Assembly (NCBI GenBank): GCA_965279375.1
Contig: OZ257156.1
Coordinates: forward strand, 2,592,001-2,656,000
DNA length: 64,000 nucleotides
Direction of reading: 5' to 3'
From: Gemmatimonas sp.
GTDB taxonomy: Bacteria > Gemmatimonadota > Gemmatimonadetes > Gemmatimonadales > Gemmatimonadaceae
This document shows positions 57,925 through 64,000 of this stretch, in pieces. The first letter of the stretch is position 1. Every line of letters begins with the position of its first letter. The notes under the pieces were generated by a model. That model ran no database searches. It saw nothing but the letters and a program-made list of their open reading frames with translations, and had not been told where the DNA came from. Both the position numbers and the translations under genes were made by a program.

Positions 57925-57978
57925 GTGTCTGAACGACACCCTGTAACCATGCTCGACGTGTCATCACGACACGTCGAG
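57925..57978. promoter_or_regulatory. Tandem GTGTC-N5-GACAC palindromes (candidate enhancer sites)
   Basis: 57925-57939 and 57958-57972, centres 33 bp apart; the second extends to an 11-bp perfect inverted repeat (57952-57978). Confidence 0.6.
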
Positions 57979-57980
57979 GG

Positions 57981-58754
57981 CTACGCGACCGCGGCTTCCT
58001 TGCGCGCGAGAAACGTCTCGCGGCGGCCAACGGTGCGGTCGATCGAGATCGTCCAGCCGCGATATCGCGACTCGAGTTCTTCCATCGGCATACCGCCCGC
58101 GCCGGCAGCGATCGTCTCGACCAGATGCACACCGCCATCCACCGTGGCGCCCTGCAGCACCTCGATCACGCGCGCACGACTCAACGCGTCCAGGCCGGCG
58201 AAGGCCGACGGGGAACAAACGACCGCGTGCAGTTCGACGTCCGGCGACCAGGCGCCCAGATCCGCGCAGTAGCCACGAACCCGCTGGGTGAGCCCTGCGG
58301 CTTCAGCGGCGCGAACTACGCGTTCCATGGCGTCGTGGGCGGGCTCCACGGCCGTTACCGCGCACCCCCGCGCGGCCAAGTACAGCGCTGGCCCCTCGCG
58401 CTCGGCGCCCGCCACCAGCACGTGCCGGTCCGACGAGTCCTTGAGCGCCCGGACCAGCACGGCATCCGGATCGATGCCCCAATGCTCAGGGCGGCAGTAC
58501 TGCTCCAGCACCTTCAGGCGCCGCCGACGCCACGTGGCGTACGTGGGCATGCGCAACCGACTAGCGATGATCCGGTCGACCTCCTGCCACACGACGATCT
58601 CCGTCAACGTCGTCTGCGCCTGCTTCCGGAGGATCGCGACCGCCTCGTCGCCAATCTTCAGGAGCGCGCTTCGCGAGATCGAGTCCTTGTAGTCCTCGAT
58701 CTCGCGCTCGACATAGAGCTCGTATTCGTGCTTTAGTGACCGGGGAGTGCTAAT
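57981..58754 (-). CDS. Class I SAM-dependent methyltransferase-like protein with a helical N-terminal domain (start uncertain: ATT 58754 or TTG 58811)
   Basis: VLVAG....ALYLAARGC.VTAVE...ADL..W TehB-like fold; degenerate motif I. Confidence 0.65.
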   Translation of the reverse strand: MSTPRSLKHEYELYVEREIEDYKDSISRSALLKIGDEAVAILRKQAQTTLTEIVVWQEVDRIIASRLRMPTYATWRRRRLKVLEQYCRPEHWGIDPDAVLVRALKDSSDRHVLVAGAEREGPALYLAARGCAVTAVEPAHDAMERVVRAAEAAGLTQRVRGYCADLGAWSPDVELHAVVCSPSAFAGLDALSRARVIEVLQGATVDGGVHLVETIAAGAGGMPMEELESRYRGWTISIDRTVGRRETFLARKEAAVA

Positions 58755-58766
58755 CGGGGTGCCCCG

Positions 58767-58785
58767 TGTGGAAGAATGTGGATAA
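58767..58785 (-). promoter_or_regulatory. DnaA box TTATCCACA with an adjacent 2-mismatch copy TCTTCCACA
   Basis: TGTGGATAA at 58777-58785 and TGTGGAAGA at 58767-58775. Confidence 0.5.
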
Positions 58786-58918
58786 AGTACCGACGAATCG
58801 GTCCCGCGCAAGAGGTCCCGGGCACGAATTCTTCGACTAATCGTATGTAGTTTTTGAACTTGCGATCTCGCACCGAGATGTCGCACACCGTGGTGGCCCC
58901 ATCGCACGATAGGACACG

Positions 58919-59716
58919 ATGCCCGAATTGCCAGAAGTTGAGGATGCGGCGGGTCGATTGCGAGCCGCGATCGTCGGTCGGACCATCGCGACAGCAACAG
59001 CGCATCATCGGTCGCTCCAGCGCACGCTCACCGCCGAATCCTGCCACAATATGGCCGGTCTGAGCGTTGTCCGCGTGGAGCGACGAGCCAAGATCCAGCT
59101 CGTCCACTTCGCCGACGGGCACCTCCTGGAAGTCCACTTCCGCATGACCGGTGACTGGGACATGGGACGAGATACCGATCCGATCCAGCCGCTCGAGCGG
59201 GCTCGTATCACCTGCACGGACGGCACCAGGGTATCGCTCATCGACGGCCGGGCATTCGGCGTGATGAAGCTCCACGCGCCCGGGTTGTTCGCTCTCCCGC
59301 CGCTCGGGCCGGAACCCCTCGCTGAAGACTTCGATGCGGCCGCGCTACGCGCCGCCCTCGGCGGCCGCACCGGCCCCATCAAGCCGGTCCTGCTCGATCA
59401 GCGCGTCGTCGCCGGACTCGGCAACATCTACGCAGCGGAAGCGCTTTGGGAGGCCGGTATTCGCCCCGATGCACCGGCCAATCGACTGTCGGCGCCGCGC
59501 ATCGCACGACTGCGTGACGCCATTCGGCTCGTGCTGACCCGAGCACCCGCCGGGCGCTACTACGAGCGCGCTGATAGCGGTCGTCCGGCGGCAACCGAAG
59601 AGATTTGGCGCGTCTATGGGCGCGACGGTGAACCGTGTCATCGATGCGGCGCGCGAGTCGCACGAACGACGCAGGCTGGCCGCAGCACATTCTGGTGTCG
59701 CCGCTGCCAGCGTTGA
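58919..59716 (+). CDS. mutM: Formamidopyrimidine-DNA glycosylase
   Basis: MPELPEVE, LLDQ..VAGLGNIYA.E, C-terminal CxxC...CxxCQ zinc finger. Confidence 0.95.
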   Translation: MPELPEVEDAAGRLRAAIVGRTIATATAHHRSLQRTLTAESCHNMAGLSVVRVERRAKIQLVHFADGHLLEVHFRMTGDWDMGRDTDPIQPLERARITCTDGTRVSLIDGRAFGVMKLHAPGLFALPPLGPEPLAEDFDAAALRAALGGRTGPIKPVLLDQRVVAGLGNIYAAEALWEAGIRPDAPANRLSAPRIARLRDAIRLVLTRAPAGRYYERADSGRPAATEEIWRVYGRDGEPCHRCGARVARTTQAGRSTFWCRRCQR

Positions 59717-59734
59717 GCGAGCGGCAACCCAAGG

Positions 59735-60835
59735 TTAGCGCCTGCGCGCGCGCCGATACACCGCTTCGTCGAACACCGCGAGCGTCTGCACGGCCGTCGC
59801 GGACCAGCGGAATTTCGCCGCCTGCGCCTGACCACCGCGTGTGAGGCGTGCGCGCAGCTCGTCATCGTGCAGCAAGCGCTTGAGCTGCGACGCCAGTGCG
59901 GAAGCATCGTTCCACTCGAAGAGCAACGCGGCGTCGCCCACGACCTCGGGCAACGAACTCGCATTCGCGCAGACGACGCGACCGCCGGCCACCATCGCTT
60001 CGAGGGCAGGCAAGCCGAAGCCTTCGTACGACGACGGAAATACGAGTGCCGTCGCCTTTCGGTACAGCCGCGCCAACTCGGCGTCACTCACGTACCCCGC
60101 GTGATGCAACCACGGCCGCGGGTGCGCGCGCGCGTTCGGCCCGCATTGCACCAGCGGCACCGTCTCGCCTTCGGCATGCAGCTGCTCCATCGCACGATAC
60201 AGCACCGCGAGATTCTTTCGCGCCTCCTGCGCACCGACCGTCAGAAAGAACGGTCCGTCGATGCCGAGTTTGTGCAGTGACTCCGACGGCGCGTCGTCCG
60301 GCGGCGCGATATCGTCAGCGGCAAGCAGCGTCACGCGGATGTTGTCCGATGCGACGGGCAGGAGCCGCAGCATCTCACGTTCCGTGAAGGCGGAGATCGC
60401 GATGAGCATGTCCGCGCTAACGACGGTATTGGTGTAGCGCCGGCGATACTTGATGCGCTTGAGCACCTTCCACCAACGGTGGTCGAGTTGCAGCATGGGC
60501 GCGAGATCGAGCACGGTCACCACGCGCGCGGCCTGCTCCGCGGTCGGATGCATCCAGTTCCAAGGGTACCACACCACATCCGCCGTGCTGGTCACCAGCT
60601 CCTGAATCGGTGCGAAGCTGCTGCGGGATCCGAGATCGCCGGGCAGTTGGGCCAACTGCTGGCGCAGGGCGTCAAGATCAGCGGCCCGTGCATACAGCGT
60701 GAATCGCACGGATGGGCGCGCGATCGGCATCTGCACCAGCAGGTTGCGAACGTAGCGGCCGATGCCGCGCCGCTCGCGCAGCAGACGAGTGGCTTCGATC
60801 CCGATGTGGTGCGTTGTAGGGCTTTGCGATGGCAT
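59735..60835 (-). CDS. GT4 family glycosyltransferase
   Basis: GIGRY, RKN, FPS.YEGFGLPALEAM..G, SSLPEV.GDA. Confidence 0.92.
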   Translation of the reverse strand: MPSQSPTTHHIGIEATRLLRERRGIGRYVRNLLVQMPIARPSVRFTLYARAADLDALRQQLAQLPGDLGSRSSFAPIQELVTSTADVVWYPWNWMHPTAEQAARVVTVLDLAPMLQLDHRWWKVLKRIKYRRRYTNTVVSADMLIAISAFTEREMLRLLPVASDNIRVTLLAADDIAPPDDAPSESLHKLGIDGPFFLTVGAQEARKNLAVLYRAMEQLHAEGETVPLVQCGPNARAHPRPWLHHAGYVSDAELARLYRKATALVFPSSYEGFGLPALEAMVAGGRVVCANASSLPEVVGDAALLFEWNDASALASQLKRLLHDDELRARLTRGGQAQAAKFRWSATAVQTLAVFDEAVYRRARRR

Positions 60836-60960
60836 TGAGCGGCGAAGCGGAGGATTGCACGGCAACTCGGCGGTAACACACGACGACAATGAGACCCTAC
60901 TTCAGCTGGCACCGTGCGCCACGGCACCCCTCCGCGTCTGAAGCGAATCGTGCTGCGGAC

Positions 60961-62142
60961 CTAGTCAATCGCGCTCAGGAGAGCGCCCTTCAGATAGCCT
61001 GTTTCCGGAACTGTGACCAACTCCGGATGATCGAGCGGTTGTCCGGTGATGCCGCGCAACGTCAGACGACGGCCGCTGTCACTCGCCGCGTCTTGCAGCA
61101 TGTCGAGGAACATCGCACGCGACACATGGAAGCTGCAACTTGCAGTGAATAGCGTACCGCCCGGCGCCAGCAGCCGCATCGCCTGCAGATTGATGTCCTT
61201 GTAGCCGCGGCGCGCACCCTCGAGCGCGCCACGTGTTTTTGCGAACGCTGGAGGATCGACGACGATGGTGTCGAATCGGCGACCCTCACGATTCCATTCG
61301 CGCAAGACGTCGAATGCATCGCCTTCCAGCGCACTCACGTTCGTGAAGCCGTTGAGCGCCGCATGCGCTTCCACGCGCGCCAAGGCTGGCGCGGATACAT
61401 CGAGTGCGGTCACGTGCTGCGCGCGCTTCGCCATATGTAACGCGAAGGATCCGTGGTAGGCGAAGCAGTCCAGCGCCTCGCCGTAAGCGTGCGATCCGAT
61501 CAGCGCGCGGTTCTCGCGCTGATCGAGGAAGGCGCCGGTCTTCTGCCCATCCCATGGTGCGGCGATGTAGCGCACGTCGTGTTCGATGACTTCCACCGTG
61601 CGGGGAACGTCGCCGTAGAGCAGGCGCACCTCACGCGGCAAACCCTCCCGGCCGCGCGAGGCCGGATCGTTGCGCGCCAGAATGCCGTGTACGCCAGTGA
61701 TGTCCTGCAGGGCATCCACAATCTCCGAGGTCCACGCATCGAGCCCCGCCGACAGGATCTGCACGACTGCGTAGTCGCCATAGCGATCGATGACGAGCGA
61801 TGGCAATCCGTCGCCCTCGCCATGGACGATACGGTATGCATTGGCAACGTCCGCGACCGGTCGACGTCGCATGAACGCTTCGTAGATCTTCGTGTGCCAC
61901 CACTTGGCGTCGGGAACGCGCGCCGGACTCGCCTCTATGTGGCGGAGTGAAATTTCGGACGCCGGGCTCCAGAGCGCCCACCCCAACGGCTCGCCGCGCG
62001 CCGACTCGAGGCGCACAATCCCGGCCTCGGCCGACGGACGCGTGACGACATCGGAGCGAAAGATCCACGGATGTCCGCTCTTCAGTCGTTTCACGCCGCG
62101 CGGCGAGATCGTCGCCAGCGCATCCAGCACGCGAGCGCTCAT
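60961..62142 (-). CDS. rlmI: 23S rRNA m5C1962 methyltransferase RlmI-like
   Basis: PUA GHPWIF, GEGDGLP, GQKTG.FLDQRENR, DPPAFAK, PET.YLK. Confidence 0.88.
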   Translation of the reverse strand: MSARVLDALATISPRGVKRLKSGHPWIFRSDVVTRPSAEAGIVRLESARGEPLGWALWSPASEISLRHIEASPARVPDAKWWHTKIYEAFMRRRPVADVANAYRIVHGEGDGLPSLVIDRYGDYAVVQILSAGLDAWTSEIVDALQDITGVHGILARNDPASRGREGLPREVRLLYGDVPRTVEVIEHDVRYIAAPWDGQKTGAFLDQRENRALIGSHAYGEALDCFAYHGSFALHMAKRAQHVTALDVSAPALARVEAHAALNGFTNVSALEGDAFDVLREWNREGRRFDTIVVDPPAFAKTRGALEGARRGYKDINLQAMRLLAPGGTLFTASCSFHVSRAMFLDMLQDAASDSGRRLTLRGITGQPLDHPELVTVPETGYLKGALLSAID

Positions 62143-63146
62143 CGGCGCGCCGCTTTCTTCACGTCGGCGATGGCACGCTCATGTTCCTCAAACGTATTGC
62201 GGAATTCGTGATGGCCATCGGGGTGCGCCACGAAGTAGAGAAACGTCACGTTGGCCGGATTGAGCGCCGCCACGATCGAGGCCTCGCCAGGAGACGCGAT
62301 CGGGCCAGGCGGCAGTCCAGCGTTGCGGTAGGTGTTGTACTTGGAATCCACCGCGAGGTCCTTGTAGTAGACGCGATCGACATGTTCAGGCAGCGCATAC
62401 TGTACCGTCGGATCGGCCTGCAGACGCATTCCCTTCTTGATGCGATTCCAGTAGACCGCTGCGATGATCGGGCGCTCTTCCGGCTTGCGCGCTTCCTTCT
62501 CGACAATGGCCGCCATCGCCATCGCATCGTTGCGCGAAATGGACATCGCCTGCAACCGCGCGTCCCATTCCGGCCTCCACACCGACTCGAATCGCTCGAG
62601 CATCGCCGTCACGGCTTCGCGCGCGGTGGTGCCTTCGGGGAAGCTGTACGTCGCGGGAAAGAGATAGCCTTCAAGCGTAGCGGTGGGCACGTTGAGCTTG
62701 CGCTTCCACGCCGTGTCGGCGGCGGCGGCACGAACGGAGTCCGCCGGTACATCCAGCGCTTTGGCGAGCAGCGGCGTGATCTCGCGGAGGTCGAAGCCTT
62801 CGGGGATCACGACAGTGTGCATCAACCCTTTGCCGCCCACCAACGCATCGAGAATCGACGCATATCCCTGCGACTCGGCGAACGCATATGTGCCGGGCTT
62901 GATCGCACGCTCTCGGCCGCTGAACGAGGCATACCAGCGAAAGAGCCGAGTGGAGCCGATGACGTGCGCGCCGGCGAGGGAGTCGGCGACGGCGCGAACG
63001 GATGCGCCTTTGGGAATCACGACGCGTGCTGCCGACGAGGAGCCGCTGCCTGCGATCTCACGCCAACTCCATGCGGCAGCGCTCAACACAATCAGCAGCC
63101 CAGCGAGGAGAATCCCGCGTCCGTTTCCTCTGCGACGGCGTGCCAT
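62139..63146 (-). CDS. mltG: Endolytic transglycosylase MltG
   Basis: IPEG, LEGYLFP.TY, A.IVEKE, LQADPTV.Y, YNTY...GLPPGPI..PG. Confidence 0.95.
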   Translation of the reverse strand: MARRRRGNGRGILLAGLLIVLSAAAWSWREIAGSGSSSAARVVIPKGASVRAVADSLAGAHVIGSTRLFRWYASFSGRERAIKPGTYAFAESQGYASILDALVGGKGLMHTVVIPEGFDLREITPLLAKALDVPADSVRAAAADTAWKRKLNVPTATLEGYLFPATYSFPEGTTAREAVTAMLERFESVWRPEWDARLQAMSISRNDAMAMAAIVEKEARKPEERPIIAAVYWNRIKKGMRLQADPTVQYALPEHVDRVYYKDLAVDSKYNTYRNAGLPPGPIASPGEASIVAALNPANVTFLYFVAHPDGHHEFRNTFEEHERAIADVKKAARR

Positions 63147-63156
63147 CAGCCGAGCC

Positions 63157-63627
63157 TCACGAGGCGGCGGGTTCCGCAGAGACGAGTTCGCCCACGTCGG
63201 TGCCCTGCGCGCTCGCGCGCAGGAAACCTTCGAGCAGGAACGCCGCGGCCAGGGCGTCGACATCGTCTTTGCGGCCGCGCGTTGAGCCTCCCTGTTCACG
63301 AATCGAGCGCAGGGCAGCGGAGGTGGTGAAGCGTTCGTCGAGAAGCCGTACGGGCAACGACTGACGCGACGCCAATTTCGCGGCGACGTCGCGCACTTCA
63401 GCGCAACGCGCCGTTTCGTTGCCGGCAGGATCGATCGGCAGGCCGAACACGTACCCGGTGACGTGCAGGGCATCGGCCTGCCGCATCAACTCTGCAATGG
63501 GCGGACGCTTGCCAGCGCGTCGCGTGATCGTGCCAGCCGGCGTGGCAAGCATGCCCAACTCGTCGCTGACGGCGAGCCCGACGCGTTTGTCGCCCCAGTC
63601 GACAGCGAGCAATCGACCGACGCTCAC
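63157..63627 (-). CDS. ruvX: Holliday junction resolvase-like RuvX/YqgF
   Basis: LAVDWG.KRVG.A.SD, GLP, DERFTT, D..AA...LE. Confidence 0.93.
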   Translation of the reverse strand: MSVGRLLAVDWGDKRVGLAVSDELGMLATPAGTITRRAGKRPPIAELMRQADALHVTGYVFGLPIDPAGNETARCAEVRDVAAKLASRQSLPVRLLDERFTTSAALRSIREQGGSTRGRKDDVDALAAAFLLEGFLRASAQGTDVGELVSAEPAAS

Positions 63628-64000
63628 GGCTCCGCCATCTGTTCGAAGAACTCCTTGTTGTTCCGCGCGCGCTCCATGCGCTTGAGCAGAAACAGCAGTG
63701 CGTCTTCGGAGGGCATGTCGGCAAGGAACGCGCGCAGGAGGAACACGCGCTGCTGTTCAAAGGGCGACAGCAGCAGCTCTTCGCGGCGCGTACCCGACTT
63801 CTGGATGTCGATGGCAGGGAAGATGCGCCGGTCGGCCAGCTTGCGGTCGAGCACAAGCTCCATGTTACCGGTGCCCTTGAACTCTTCGAAGATCAGCTCG
63901 TCCATGCGCGAGTTGGTTTCGATGAGGGCCGTGGCGACGATGGTCAGTGACCCGCCTTCCTTGAGGTTGCGCGCCGCGCCGAAGAACGCCTTGGGCTTCT
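63624..64000 (-). CDS. rho: Transcription termination factor Rho, C-terminal part (5' beyond window)
   Basis: [41 protein letters not shown]......FPAID...SGTRREELL. Confidence 0.97.
   Translation of the reverse strand, partial: KPKAFFGAARNLKEGGSLTIVATALIETNSRMDELIFEEFKGTGNMELVLDRKLADRRIFPAIDIQKSGTRREELLLSPFEQQRVFLLRAFLADMPSEDALLFLLKRMERARNNKEFFEQMAEP

Overview
High-GC bacterial chromosomal window with dense housekeeping content. Gene content and the hypothetical-protein families suggest Gemmatimonadota (inference, not verified). About 64 CDS, including tamB (partial), feoAB, lgt, tsaD, rpe, rsmB, fmt, def, yajC, tgt, queA, ruvABC, yebC, tyrS, PBP1A, ilvE, kbl/tdh, mutM, rlmI, mltG, ruvX and rho (partial). 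I saw no rRNA, tRNA, CRISPR array, transposase or prophage. Most notable observations: (1) a histidine kinase / sigma54-activator operon with three tandem paralogous single-TM coiled-coil proteins between kinase and regulator, followed by a beta-helix+beta-barrel outer-membrane protein and a DUF4390-like protein; (2) a complete sigma54-type promoter architecture (two phased GTGTC-N5-GACAC palindromes, an IHF-like site, a -24/-12 box) upstream of a 56-aa small ORF; (3) an N-terminally truncated DnaB paralogue lacking the Walker A lysine, coupled to a small helical ORF upstream of yebC-ruvCA; (4) a hybrid sensor with His->Asn in its H-box; (5) a Tdh lacking all four structural-zinc cysteines; (6) a PorX-like REC-PglZ protein; (7) an NYN-LOTUS RNase with long disordered tails; (8) a histone-H1-like protein with a structured leader. 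Start codons were chosen by eye; family names come from motif recognition, not database searches.
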